Assembly: GCA_964016885.1 (NCBI GenBank)
Contig: OZ024743.1
Location: 141,732,001 to 141,796,000, forward strand
Direction of reading: 5' to 3'
Source of the DNA: Eledone cirrhosa
Taxonomy: Eukaryota
Length of the DNA stretch: 64,000 nucleotides
Each line of letters begins with the position of its first letter. The first letter of the stretch is position 1. Of the stretch, positions 24,370-36,970 are shown one piece after another. A program made the position numbers and the translations under genes. The notes beneath the pieces are model-generated. The model saw only the letters and a program-made list of their open reading frames with translations. It searched no databases and was not told the origin of the DNA.

Positions 24370-27300
24370 GATTAGTGTTTGGTGCTTGGTGCATTGGGTT
24401 TGGTGTTTGGTGCTTGGGGTTTGGTGTTTGGTGCTTGGTGCTTGGTGTTTGGTGCTTGGTGCTTGGTGTTTGGTGCTTGGTGCTTTGTGTTTGGTGCTTG
24501 GTGTTTGGTGCTTGGTGCTTGGTGCTTGGTTCTTGGTGTTAGGTGTTTGGTGCTTGGTGATTGGTGTTTGATGTTAGGTTCTTGGTGCTTGGTGTTTGGT
24601 GTTTGGTGCTTGGTGCTTGGTGTTTGGTGCTTGCTGCTTGGTGCTTGGTGTTTTGTGTTTGCAGTTTGGTGCTTGGTGTTTGGTGCTTCGGTCTTGGTGT
24701 TTGGTGTTTGGTGCTTGGTGCCTGGGGCTTGTTGTTTGGTGTTTGGTGCTTAGTGCTTGGTGTTTGGTGTTTGGTGCTTGGTGCTTGGTGGCTGGTGCTT
24801 GGTGCTTGGTGTTTGCAGTTTGGTGCTTGGTGCTTGGTGCCTGGTGTTTCGTGCTTGGTGCTTGGTGCTTGGTGTTTGGTGTTTGGTGCTTGGTGTTTGG
24901 TGTTTGGTACTTGGTGCTTGGTGCTTGGTGTTTGGTGCTTGGTGTTTGGTGCTTGGTGCTTGGTGCTTGGTGCTTGGTGTTTGATGTTTGGTCCTTGGTG
25001 CTTGTTGTTTGGTGTTTGGTGCTTCGTGCTTGGTGTTTGGTGTTTGGTGCTTGCTGCTTGCTGCTTGGTGTTTGGTGCTTGGTGATTGGTGCTTGGTGTT
25101 TTGTGCTTGGTGCTTGGTGTTTGGTGTTTGCTGCTAGGGGCTTGGTGCTTGATGCTTGGTGTGTGGTGCTTGGTGCTTGCTGTTTGGTGTTTGGTGCTTG
25201 GTGCGTGGGACTTAGTGTTTGGTGTTTGGTGCTTTGTGTTTGGTGCTTGGTGTTTGGTGCTTGGTGCTTGGTGTTTGCTGTTTGGTGCTTGGTGCTTGGG
25301 GCTTGGTCTTTGGTGCTTAGTGTTTGGTGCTTGGTGTTTGGTGCTTGGTGCTTGGTGCCTGGTGTTTGGTGTTTGGTGTTTGGTGCTTGGTGTTTGGTGC
25401 TTGGTGCTTGGTGCTGGGTGGTTGGTGTTTGGTGTTTGGTGCTTGGTGCTTGGTGCTTATTGTTTGGTGCTTGGTGCTTGGTGCTTGGTGCTTGGTCTTT
25501 GGTGCTTGGTGTTTGGTGTTTGGTGCTTGGTGCCTGGTGTTTGGCGCTTGGTGCTTGGTGCTTGGTGTTTGGTGCTTGGTGTTTGGTGCTTGGTGATTAG
25601 TGTTTGGTGCTTGGTGCTTGGTGCCTGGTGCTTGGTGCTTGGTGCTTGATGTTTGGTGCTTGGTGCTTGGTGATTAGTGTTTGGTGCTTGGTGCTTGGTG
25701 TTTGGTGCTTGGTGCTTGGTGTTTGGTGCTTGGTGCTTTGTGTTTGGTGCTTGGTGTTTGGTGCTTGGTGCTTGGTGCTTGGTGCTTGGTGTTAGGTGTT
25801 TGGTGCTTGATGATTGGTGTTTGATGTTAGGTTCTTGGTGATTGGTGTTTGGTGTTTGGTGCTTGGTGCTTGGTGTTTGGTGTTTGGTGCTTGATGCTTG
25901 GTGCTTGGTGTTTTGTGTTTGGATTTTGGTGCTTGGTGTTTGGTGCTTCGGTCTTGGTGTTTGGTGTTTGGTGCTTGGTGCTTGGTGTTTGGTGTTTGGT
26001 GCCTGGTGCTTGGTGTTCAGTGCTTGGTGTTTGGTGTTTGGTGATTGGTGCTTGTTGTTTGGTGCTTGGTGCTTGGTGCTTGGTGCTTGGTGTTAGGCGT
26101 TTGGTCCTTGGTGCTTGGTGTTTGTTGTTTGGTCCATTGTGCTTGGTGTTTGGTATTTTGTGCTTGGTGCTTGGTGTTTGGTGCTTGGTGCTTGGTGTTT
26201 GGTGCTTGGTGCTTGGTGCCTGGTGTTTGGTCCGTGGTGCTTGGTGCTTGGTGCTTGGTGCTTGCTGTTTGGTGTTTGGTGTTTGGTTCTTGGTGCTTGG
26301 TGTTTGGTGTTTGGTGTTTGGTGCTTGGTGCTTGGTGCTTGGTGTTTGGTGCTTGGTGCTTGGTGATTAGTGTTTGGTGATTGGTGCTTGGGGTTTGGTG
26401 TTTGGTGCTTGGTGTTTGGTGCTTGGTGCTTGCTGTTTGGTGTTTGGTTCTTGGTGCTTGCTGTTTGGTGTTTGGTGCTTGGTGCTTGGTGTTTGGTGCT
26501 TGGTGCTTGGTGCTTGGTGTTTGGTGCTGCGTGCTTGGTGTTTGGTGCTTGGTGTTTGGTGCTTGGTGCTTGGTGCTTGGTGTTTGGTGATTGGTGCTTG
26601 GTGCTTGGTGCTTGGTGCTTGGTGCTTGGTGTTAGGTGTTTGGTACTTGGTGCTTGTTGTTTGGTGTTTTGTGCTTGGTGCTTGGCGTTTGGTGTTTGGT
26701 GCTAGGGGCTTGGTGCTTGATGCTTGGTGTTTGGTGCTTGGTGCTTGCTGTTTGGTGTTTGGTGCTTGGTGCCTGGGGCTTGTTGTTTGGTGTTTGGTGC
26801 TTAGTGCTTGGTGTTTGGTGTTTGGTGCTTGGTGCTTGGTGGCTGGTGCTTGGTGCTTGGTGTTTGGAGTTTGGTGCTTGGTGCTTGGTGCCTGGTGTTT
26901 CGTGCTTGGTGATTGGTGCTTGGTGTTTGGTGTTTGGTGTTTGGTGTTTGGTGTTTGGTACTTGGTGCTTGGTGCTTGGTTTTTGGGGCTTGGTGTTTGG
27001 TGATTTGTGCTTGGTGCTTGGTGCTTGGTGCTCGGTGTTAGGTGTTTGGTCCTTGGTGCTTGTTGTTTGGTGTTTTGTGCTTGGTGCTTGGCGTTTGGTG
27101 TTTGGTGCTAGGGGCTTGGTGCTTGATGCTTGGTGTTTGGTGCTTGGTGCTTGCTGTTTGGTGTTTGGTGCTTGGTGCGTGGGACTTAGTGTTTGGTGTT
27201 TGGTGCTTGGTGCTTGGTGCTTGGTGTTTGGTGCTTGGTGCTTGGTGTTTGGTGTTTGGTGCTTAGTGCTTGGGGCTTGGTGTTTGGTGCTTGGTGTTTG

Positions 27301-29560
27301 GTGTTTGGTGCTTGGTGCTTGGTGTTTGGCGCTTGGTGCTTGGTGCTTGGTGTTTGGTGCTTGGTGCTTGGTGCTTGGTGCTTGGTCATTAGTGTTTGGT
27401 GCTTGGTGCTTGGTGCCTGGTGCTTGGTGCTTGGTGCTTGTTGTTTGGTGCTTGGTGTTTGGTGCTTGGTGCTTGGTGCTGGGTGGTTGGTGTTTGGTGT
27501 TTGGTGCTTGGTGCTTGATGCTTATTGTTTGGTGCTTGGTGCTTGGTGCTTGGTGCTTGGTCTTTGGTGCTTGGTGTTTGGTGTTTGGTACTTGGGGCCT
27601 GGTGTTTGGCGCTTGGTGCCTGGTGCTTGGTGTTTGGTGCTTGGTGTTTGGTGCTTGGTGATTAGTGTTTGGTGCTTGGTGCTTGGTGCCTGGTGCTTGG
27701 TGCTTGGTGCTTGATGTTTGGTGCTTGGTGCTTGGTGATTAGTGTTTGGTGCTTGGTGCTTTGGGTTTGGTGTTTGGTGCTTGGGGTTTGGTGTTTGGTG
27801 CTTGGTGCTTGGTGTTTGGTGCTTGGTGCTTGGTGTTTGGTGCTTGGTGCTTTGTGTTTGGTGCTTGGTGTTTGGTGCTTGGTGCTTGGTGCTTGGTTCT
27901 TGGTGTTAGGTGTTTGGTGCTTGGTGATTGGTGTTTGATGTTAGGTTCTTGGTGCTTGGTGTTTGGTGTTTGGTGCTTGGTGCTTGGTGTTTGGTGTTTG
28001 GTGCTTGCTGCTTGGTGCTTGGTGTTTTGTGTTTGCAGTTTGGTGCTTGGTGTTTGGTGCTTCGGTCTTGGTGTTTGGTGTTTGGTGCTTGGTGCCTGGG
28101 GCTTGTTGTTTGGTGTTTGGTGCTTAGTGCTTGGTGTTTGGTGTTTGGTGCTTGGTGCTTGGTGGCTGGTGCTTGGTGCTTGGTGTTTGCAGTTTGGTGC
28201 TTGGTGCTTGGTGCCTGGTGTTTCGTGCTTGGTGCTTGGTGCTTGGTGTTTGGTGTTTGGTGCTTGGTGTTTGGTGTTTGGTACTTGGTGCTTGGTGCTT
28301 GGTGTTTGGTGCGTGGTGTTTGGTGCTTGGTGCTTGGTGCTTGGTGCTTGGTGTTTGATGTTTGGTCCTTGGTGCTTGTTGTTTGGTGTTTGGTGCTTCG
28401 TGCTTGGTGTTTGGCGTTTGGTGCTTGCTGCTTGCTGCTTGGTGTTTGGTGCTTGGTGATTGGTGCTTGGTGTTTTGTGCTTGGTGCTTGGTGTTTGGTG
28501 TTTGCTGCTAGGGGCTTGGTGCTTGATGCTTGGTGTGTGGTGCTTGGTGCTTGCTGTTTGGTGTTTGGTGCTTGGTGCGTGGGACTTAGTGTTTGGTGTT
28601 TGGTGCTTGGTGTTTGGTGCTTGGTGTTTGGTGCTTGGTGCTTGGTGTTTGGTGTTTGGTGCTTGGTGCTTGGGGCTTGGTCTTTGGTGCTTAGTGTTTG
28701 GTGCTTGGTGTTTGGTGCTTGGTGCTTGGTGCCTGGTGTTTGGTGTTTGGTGTTTGGTGCTTGGTGTTTGGTGCTTGGTGCTCGGTGCTGGGTGGTTGGT
28801 GTTTGGTGTTTGGTGCTTGGTGCTTGGTGCTTATTGTTTGGTGCTTGGTGCTTGGTGCTTGGTGCTTGGTCTTTGGTGCTTGGTGTTTGGTGTTTGGTGC
28901 TTGGTGCCTGGTGTTTGGCGCTTGGTGCTTGGTGCTTGGTGTTTGGTGCTTGGTGTTTGGTGCTTGGTGATTAGTGTTTGGTGCTTGGTGCTTGGTGCCT
29001 GGTGCTTGGTGCTTGGTGCTTGATGTTTGGTGCTTGGTGCTTGGTGATTAGTGTTTGCTGCTTGGTGCTTGGTGTTTGGTGCTTGGTGCTTGGTGTTTGG
29101 TGCTTGGTGCTTTGTGTTTGGTGCTTGGTGTTTGGTGCTTGGTGCTTGGTGCTTGGTGCTTGGTGTTAGGTCTTTGGTGCTTGATGATTGGTGTTTGATG
29201 TTAGGTTCTTGGTGATTGGTGTTTGGTGTTTGGTGCTTGGTGCTTGGTGTTTGGTGTTTGGTGCTTGCTGCTTGGTGCTTGGTGTTTTGTGTTTGGATTT
29301 TGGTGCTTGGTGTTTGGTGCTTTGGTCTTGGTGTTTGGTGTTTGGTGCTTGGTGCTTGGTGTTTGGTGTTTGGTGCCTGGTGATTGGTGTTCGGTGCTTG
29401 GTGTTTGGTGTTTGGTGATTGGTGCTTGTTGTTTGGTGCTTGGTGCTTGGTGCTTGGTGCTTGGTGCTAGGCGTTTGGTCCTTGGTGCTTGGTGTTTGTT
29501 GTTTGGTCCATTGTGCTTGGTGTTTGGTATTTTGTGCTTGGTGCTTGGTGTTTGGTGTTT
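24370..29560 (+). repeat. Diverged HOR pair: ~24.37-26.2 kb repeated at ~27.74-29.56 kb (offset 3,374 bp = 482 monomers)
   Basis: Paired pseudo-ORFs 24757/28131, 25086/28460, 25324/28698, 25604/28978, 25849/29223 and 26115/29489 all differ by 3374. Both copies share the variants GGATTTTGG and TTGATGATTGG. Confidence 0.88.
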
Positions 29561-29589
29561 GGTGCTTGGTGCTTACTGTTTGGTGTTTG

Positions 29590-32500
29590 GTGCTTGCTGC
29601 TTGCTGCTTGGTGTTTGGTGCTAGGGGCTTGGTGCTTGGTGTTTCGTGTTTGGTGCTTGGTGCTTGGTGTTTGGTGTTTGGTGCTTGGTGCGTGGGACTT
29701 GGTGTTTGGTGCTTGGTGTTTGGTGCTTGGTGTTTGGTGCTTGGTGCCTGGTGCTTGGTGTTTGGTGTTTGGTGCTTGGTGTTTGGTGCTTGTTGTTTGG
29801 TGCTTGGTGTTCGGTGCTTGGTGCTTGGTGCTTGGTGCTTGGTGTTTGGTGTTGTGTGCTTGGTGCTTGGTGTTTGGCGTTTGCTGTTTGCTGTTTGGTG
29901 GTTGGTGTTTGCTGTTTGGTGTTTGCTGTTTGGTGTTTGGTGTTTGGTGCTTGCTGTTTGGTGCTTGGTGCTTGGTGTTTGGTGTTTGGTGCTTGGTGTT
30001 TGGTGCTTGGTGCTTGGTGCTGGGTGTTTGGTGCTTGGTGCTTGGTGTTTGGTGCTTGGTGCTTGGTGCTTGGTGTTTGGTCCTTGGTGCTTGGTGCTTG
30101 GTCTTTGGTGCTTGGGTTTTGGTGTTTGGTGCTTGGTGCTTGGTGTTTGGTGCTTGGTGCTTGGTGCTTGGTGTTTGGTGATTGCTGCTTGGTGCTTGGT
30201 GTTTGGTGCTTGGTGCTTGGTGATTAGTGTTTGGTGATTGGTGCTTGGGGTTTGGTGTTTGGGGCTTGGTGTTTGGTGCTTGGTGCTTGCTGTTTGGTGT
30301 TTGGTGTTTGGTTCTTGGTGCTTGGTGTTTGGTATTTGGTGTTTGGTGCTTGGTGCTTGGTGCTTGGTGTTTGGTGCTTGGTGCTTGGTGCTTGGTGTTT
30401 GGTGCTGCGTGCTTGGTGTTTGGTGTTTGGTGCTTGGTGCCTGGGGATTGTTGTTTGGTGTTTGGTGCTTAGTGCTTGGTGTTTGGTGTTTGGTGCTTGG
30501 TGCTTGGTGGCTGGTGCTTGGTGCTTGGTGTTTGGAGTTTGGTGCTTGGTGCTTGGTGTCTGGTGTTTCGTGCTTGGTGCTTGGTGCTTGGTGTTTGGTG
30601 TTTGGTGCTTGGTGTTTGGTGCTTGGTGTTTGGTGCTTGGTTCTTGGTGCTTGGTGTTAGGTGTTTGGTGCTTGGTGCTTGGTGTTTGATGTTTGGTCCT
30701 TGGTGCTTGTTGTTTGGTGTTTGGTGCTTGGTGCTTGGTGTTTGGTGTTTGGTGCTTGCTGCTTGCTGCTTGGTGTTTGGTGCTTGGTGATTGGTGCTTG
30801 GTGTTTTATGCTTGGTGCTTGGTGTTTGGTGTTTGGTGCTAGGGGCTTGGTGCTTGATGCTTGATGTTTGGTGCTTGGTGCGTGCTGTTTGGTGTTTGGT
30901 GCTTGGTGCGTGGGACTTAGTGTTTGGTGTTTGGTGCTTGGTGTTTTGTGCTTGGTGTTTGGTGCTTGGTGTTTTGTGTTTGGTGTTTGGTGCTTGGTGC
31001 TTGGGGCTTGGTGTTTGGTGCTTAGTGTTTGGTGCTTGGTGTTTGGTGCTTGGTGCTTGGTGCTTGGTGTTTGGTGTATGGTGTTTGGTGCTTGTTGTTT
31101 GGTGCTTGGTGCTTGGTGATTAGTGTTTGGTGATTGGTGCTTGCGGTTTGGTGTTTGGTGCTTGGGGTTTGGTGTTTGGTGCTTGGTGCTTGGTGCTTGG
31201 TCTTTGGTGCTTGGTGTTTGGTGTTTGGTGCTTGGTGCTTGGTGTTTGGTGTTTGGTGCTTGCTGCTTGCTGCTTGGTGTTTGGTGCTAGGGGCTTGGTG
31301 CTTGGTGTTTCGTGTTTGGTTCTTGGTGCTTGGTGTTTGGTGTTTGGTGCTTGGTGCGTGGGACTTGGTGTTTGGTGCTTGGTGTTTGGTGCTTGGTGTT
31401 TGGTGCTTGGTGCCTGGTGCTTGGTGTTTGGTGTTTGGTGCTTGGTGTTTGGTGCTTGTTGTTTGGTGCTTGGTGTTCGGTGCTTGGTGCTTGGTGCTTG
31501 GTGCTTGGTGTTTGGTGTTTGGTGCTTGGTGCTTGGTGTTTGATGTTTGGTCCTTGGTGCTTGGTGTTTGGTGTTGTGTGCTTGGTGCTTGGTGCTTGGT
31601 GTTTGGTGCTTGGTGCTTGGTGCTTGGTGTTTGGCGTTTGCTGTTTGCTGTTTGGTGGTTGGTGTTTGCTATTTGGTGTTTGCTGTTTGGTGTTTGGTGT
31701 TTGGTGCTTGCTGTTTGGTGCTTGGTGCTTGGTGTTTGGTGTTTGGTGCTTGGTGTTTGGTGCTTGGTGCTTGGTGCTGGGTGTTTGGTGCTTGGTGCTT
31801 GGTGTTTGGTGCTTGGTGCTTGGTACTTGGTGTTTGGTCCTTGGTGCTTGGTGCTTGGTCTTTGGTGCTTGGGTTTTGGTGTTTGGTGCTTGGTGCTTGG
31901 TGTTTGGTGCTTGGTGCTTGGTGCTTGGTGTTTGGTGCTTGCTGCTTGGTGCTTGGTGTTTGGTGCTTGGTGCTTGGTGATTAGTGTTTGGTGATTGGTG
32001 CTTGGGGTTTGGTGTTTGGGGCTTGGTGTTTGGTGCTTGGTGCTTGCTGTTTGGTGTTTGGTGTTTGGTTCTTGGTGCTTGGTGTTTGGTATTTGGTGTT
32101 TGGAGCTTGGTGCTTGGTGCTTGGTGTTTGGTGCTTGGTGCTTGGTGCTTGGTGTTTGGTGCTGCGTGCTTGGTGTTTGGTGTTTGGTGCTTGGTGCCTG
32201 GGGCTTGTTGTTTGGTGTTTGGTGCTTAGTGCTTGGTGTTTGGTGTTTGGTGCTTGGTGCTTAGTGGCTGGTGCTTGGTGCTTGGTGTTTGGAGTTTGGT
32301 GCTTGGTGCTTGGTGTCTGGTGTTTCGTGCTTGGTGCTTGGTGCTTGGTGTTTGGTGTTTGGTGCTTGGTGTTTGGTGCTTGGTGTTTGGTGCTTGGTTC
32401 TTGGTGCTTGGTGTTAGGTGTTTGGTGCTTGGTGCTTGGTGTTTGATGTTTGGTCCTTGGTGCTTGTTGTTTGGTGTTTGGTGCTTGGTGCTTGGTGTTT

Positions 32501-35500
32501 GGTGTTTGGTGCTTGCTGCTTGCTGCTTGGTGTTTGGTGCTTGGTGATTGGTGCTTGGTGTTTTATGCTTGGTGCTTGGTGTTTGGTGTTTGGTGCTAGG
32601 GACTTGGTGCTTGATGCTTGATGTTTGGTGCTTGGTGCTTGCTGTTTGGTGTTTGGTGCTTGGTGCGTGGGACTTAGTGTTTGGTGTTTGGTGCTTGGTG
32701 TTTTGTGCTTGGTGTTTGGTGCTTGGTGCTTGGTGTTTGGTGTTTGGTGCTTGGTGCTTGGGGCTTGGTGTTTGGTGCTTAGTGTTTGGTGCTTGGTGTT
32801 TGGTGCTTGGTGCTTGGTGCTTGGTGTTTGGTGTATGGTGTTTGGTGCTTGTTGTTTGGTGCTTGGTGCTTGGTGATTAGTGTTTGGTGCTTGGTGCTTG
32901 CGGTTTGGTGTTTGGTGCTTGGGGTTTGGTGTTTGGTGCTTGGTGCTTGGTGCTTGGTCTTTGGTGCTTGGTGTTTGGTGTTTGGTGCTTGGTGCTTGGT
33001 GTTTGGCGCTTCGTGCTTGGTGCTTGGTGTTTGGTGCTTGGTGCTTGGTGCTTGGTGATTAGTGTTTGGTGCTTGGTGCTTGGTGCCTGGTGCTTGGTGC
33101 TTGGTGCTTGTTGTTTGGTGCTTGGTGCTTGGTGATTAGTGTTTGGTGCTTGGTGCTTGGGGTTTGGTGTTTGGTGCTTGGGGTTTGGTGTTTGGTGCTT
33201 GGTGCATGGTGTTTGGTGCTTGGTGCTTGGTGTTTGGTGCTTGGTGCTTTGTGTTTGGTGCTTGGTGTTTGGTGCTTGGTGCTTGGTGCTTGGTGCTTGG
33301 TGTTAGGTGTTTGGTGCTTGGTGATTGGTGTTTGATGTTAGGTTCTTGGTGCTTGGTGTTTGGTGTTTGGTGCTTGGTGCTTGGTGTTTGGTGTTTGGTG
33401 CTTGCTGCTAGGTGCTTGGTGTTTTGTGTTTGGAGTTTGGTGCTTGGTGTTTGGTGCTTGGTGCTTGGTGTTTGGTGTTTGGTGCCTGGTGCTTGGTGTT
33501 TGGTGCTTGGTGTTTGGTGTTTGGTGATTGGTGCTTGGTGTTTGGTGCTTGGTGCATGGTGCTTGGTGCTTGGTGTTAGGCGTTTGGTGCTTGGTGCTTG
33601 GTGTTTGATGTTTGGTCCTTGGTGCTTGGTGTTTGGTATTTGGTGCTTGGTGCTTGGTGTTTGGTGTTTGGTGCTTGCTGCTTGCTGCTTTGTGTTTGGT
33701 GCTAGGGGCTTGGTGCTTGGTGTTTGATGTTTGGTCCTTGGTGCTTGGTGTTTGGTATTTGGTGCTTGGTGCTTGGTGTTTGGTGTTTGGTGCTTGCTGC
33801 TTGCTGCTTGGTGTTTGGTGCTAGGGGCTTGGTGTTTGGTGCTTGCTGTTTGGTGCTTGGTGTTTGGTGCTTGGTGCCTGGTGCTTGGTGTTTGGTGTTT
33901 GGTGCTTGGTGTTTGGTGCTTGGTGTTTGGTACTTGGTGTTCGGTGCTTGGTGCTTGGTGCTTGGTGTTTGGTGTTTGGTGCTTGGTGCTTGGTGCTTGG
34001 TGTTTGATGTTTGGTCCTTGGTGCTTGGTGTTTGGTGTTGTGTGCTTGGTGCTTGGTGCTTGGTGTTTGGTGCTTGGTGCTTGGTGCTTGGTGTTTGGCG
34101 TTTGCTGTTTGCTGTTTGGTGTTTGGTGTTTGCTGTTTGGTGTTTGCTGTTTGGTGTTTGTTGTTTGGTGTTTGGCGCTTGGTGCTTGGTGTTTGGTGTT
34201 TGGTGCATGGTGCTTGGTGCTTGGTATCTGGTGTTTGGTGCTTGATGTTTGGTGTTTGGTGCTTGGTGTTTGGTGCTTGGTGCTTGGTGCTTGGTGTTTG
34301 GTCCTTGGTGCTTGGTGCTTGGTGTTTAGTGCTTGGGTTTTGGTGTTTGGTGCTTGGTGCTTGGTGTTTGGTGCTTGGTGCTTGGTGCTTGGTGCTTGGT
34401 GTTTGGTGCTTGCTGCTTGGTGCTTGGTGTTTGGTGCTTGGTGCTTGGTGATTAGTGTTTGGTGATTGGTGCTTGGGGTTTGGTGTTTGGGGCTTGGTGT
34501 TTGGTGCTTGGTGCTTGCTGTTTGGTGTTTGGTGTTTGGTTCTTGGTGCTTGGTGTTTGGTGTTTGGTGTTTGGTGCTTGGTGCTTGGTGCTTGGTGTTT
34601 GGTGCTTGGTGCTTGGTGCTTGGTGTTTGGTGCTGCGTGCTTGGTGTTTGGTGTTTGGTGCTTGGTGCCTGGGGCTTGTTGTTTGGTGTTTGGTGCTTAG
34701 TGCTTGGTGTTTGGTGTTTGGTGCTTGGTGCTTGGTGGCTGGTGCTTGGTGCTTGGTGTTTGGAGTTTGGTGCTTGGTGCTTGGTGTCTGGTGTTTCGTG
34801 CTTGGTGCTTGGTGCTTGGTGTTTGGTGTTTGGTGCTTGGTGTTTGGTGCTTGGTGTTTGGTGCTTGGTTCTTGGTGCTTGGTGTTAGGTGTTTGGTGCT
34901 TGGTGCTTGGTGTTTGATGTTTGGTCCTTGGTGCTTGTTGTTTGGTGTTTGGTGCTTCGTGCTTGGTGTTTGGTGTTTGGTGCTTGCTGCTTGCTGCTTG
35001 GTGTTTGGTGCTTGGTGATTGGTGCTTGGTGTTTTATGCTTGGTGCTTGGTGTTTGGTGTTTGGTGCTAGGGACTTGGTGCTTGATGCTTGATGTTTGGT
35101 GCTTGGTGCTTGCTGTTTGGTGTTTGGTGCTTGGTGCGTGGGACTTAGTGTTTGGTGTTTGGTGCTTGGTGTTTTGTGCTTGGTGTTTGGTGCTTGGTGC
35201 TTGGTGTTTGGTGTTTGGTGCTTGGTGCTTGGGGCTTGGTGTTTGGTGCTTAGTGTTTGGTGCTTGGTGTTTGGTGCTTGGTGCTTGGTGCTTGGTGTTT
35301 GGTGTATGGTGTTTGGTGCTTGTTGTTCGGTGCTTGGTGCTTGGTGATTAGTGTTTGGTGCTTGGTGCTTGCGGTTTGGTGTTTGGTGCTTGGGGTTTGG
35401 TGTTTGGTGCTTGGTGCTTGGTGCTTGGTCTTTGGTGCTTGGTGTTTGGTGTTTGGTGCTTGGTGCTTGGTGTTTGGCGCTTGGTGCTTGGTGCTTGTTG

Positions 35501-36970
35501 TTTGGTGCTTGGTGCTTGGTGCTTGGTGATTAGTGTTTGGTGCTTGGTGCTTGGTGCCTGGTGCTTGGTGCTTGGTGCTTGTTGTTTGGTGCTTGGTGCT
35601 TGGTGATTAGTGTTTGGTGCTTGGTGCTTGGGGTTTGGTGTTTGGTGCTTGGGGTTTGGTGTTTGGTGCTTGGTGCATGGTGTTTGGTGCTTGGTGCTTG
35701 GTGTTTGGTGCTTGGTGCTTTGTGTTTGGTGCTTGGTGTTTGGTGCTTGGTGCTTGGTGCTTGGTGCTTGGTGTTAGGTGTTTGGTGCTTGGTGATTGGT
35801 GTTTGATGTTAGGTTCTTGGTGCTTGGTGTTTGGTGTTTGGTGCTTGGTGCTTGGTGTTTGGTGTTTGGTGCTTGCTGCTTGGTGCTTGGTGTTTTGTGT
35901 TTGGAGTTTGGTGCTTGGTGTTTGGTGCTTGTTGCTTGGTGATTGGTGTTTGGTGCCTGGTGCTTGGTGTTTGGTGCTTGGTGTTTGGTGTTTGGTGTTT
36001 GGTGCCTGGTGCTTGGTGATTGTTGCTTGGTGTTTGGTGCTTGGTGCATGGTGCTTGGTGCTTGGTGTTAGGCGTTTGGTGCTTGGTGCTTGGTGTTTGG
36101 TGTTTGGTCCTTGGTGCTTGGTGTTTGGTATTTGGTGCTTGGTGCTTGGTGTTTGGTGTTTGGTGCTTGCTGCTTGCTGCTTGGTGTTTGGTGCTAGGGG
36201 CTTGGTGCTTGGTGTTTGATGTTTGGTCCTTGGTGCTTGGTGTTTGGTATTTGGTGCTTGGTGCTTGGTGTTTGGTGTTTGGTGCTTGCTGCTTGCTGCT
36301 TGGTGTTTGGTGCTAGGGGCTTGGTGTTTGGTGCTTGGTGTTTGGTGCTTGGTGTTTGGTGCTTGGTGCCTGGTGCTTGGTGTTTGGTGTTTGGTGCTTG
36401 GTGTTTGGTGCTTGGTGTTTGGTACTTGGTGTTCGGTGCTTGGTGCTTGGTGCTTGGTGTTTGGTGTTTGGTGCTTGGTGCTTGGTGCTTGGTGTTTGAT
36501 GTTTGGTCCTTGGTGCTTGGTGTTTGGTGTTGTGTGCTTGGTGCTTGGTGCTTGGTGTTTGGTGCTTGGTGCTTGGTGCTTGGTGTTTGGCGTTTGCTGT
36601 TTGCTGTTTGGTGTTTGGTGTTTGCTGTTTGGTGTTTGCTGTTTGGTGTTTGGTGTTTGGTGCTTGCTGTTTGGTGCTTGGTGCTTGGTGTTTGGTGTTT
36701 GGTGCTTGGTGTTTGGTGCTTGGTGCTTGGTGCTGGGTGTTTGGTGCTTGGTGCTTGGTGTTTGGTGTTTGGTGCTTGGTGCTTGGTGCTTGGTGTTTGG
36801 TCCTTGGTGCTTGGTGCTTGGTGTTTGGTGCTTGGGTTTTGGTGTTTGGTGCTTGGTGCTTGGTGTTTGGTGCTTGGTGCTTGGTGCTTGGTGCTTGGTG
36901 TTTGGTGCTTGCTGCTTGGTGCTTGGTGGTTGGTGCTTGGTGCTTGGTGTTTGGTGCTTGGTGCTTGGTG
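29590..36970 (+). repeat. Intermediate HOR family: three related copies at offsets 1,757 bp (251 monomers) and 2,471 bp (353 monomers)
   Basis: The private variant TTTTATGC lies at 30804, 32561 and 35032, and GGTGTATGG at 31073, 32830 and 35301. Pseudo-ORFs pair as 30227/31984/34455 and 33066/35537. Confidence 0.88.
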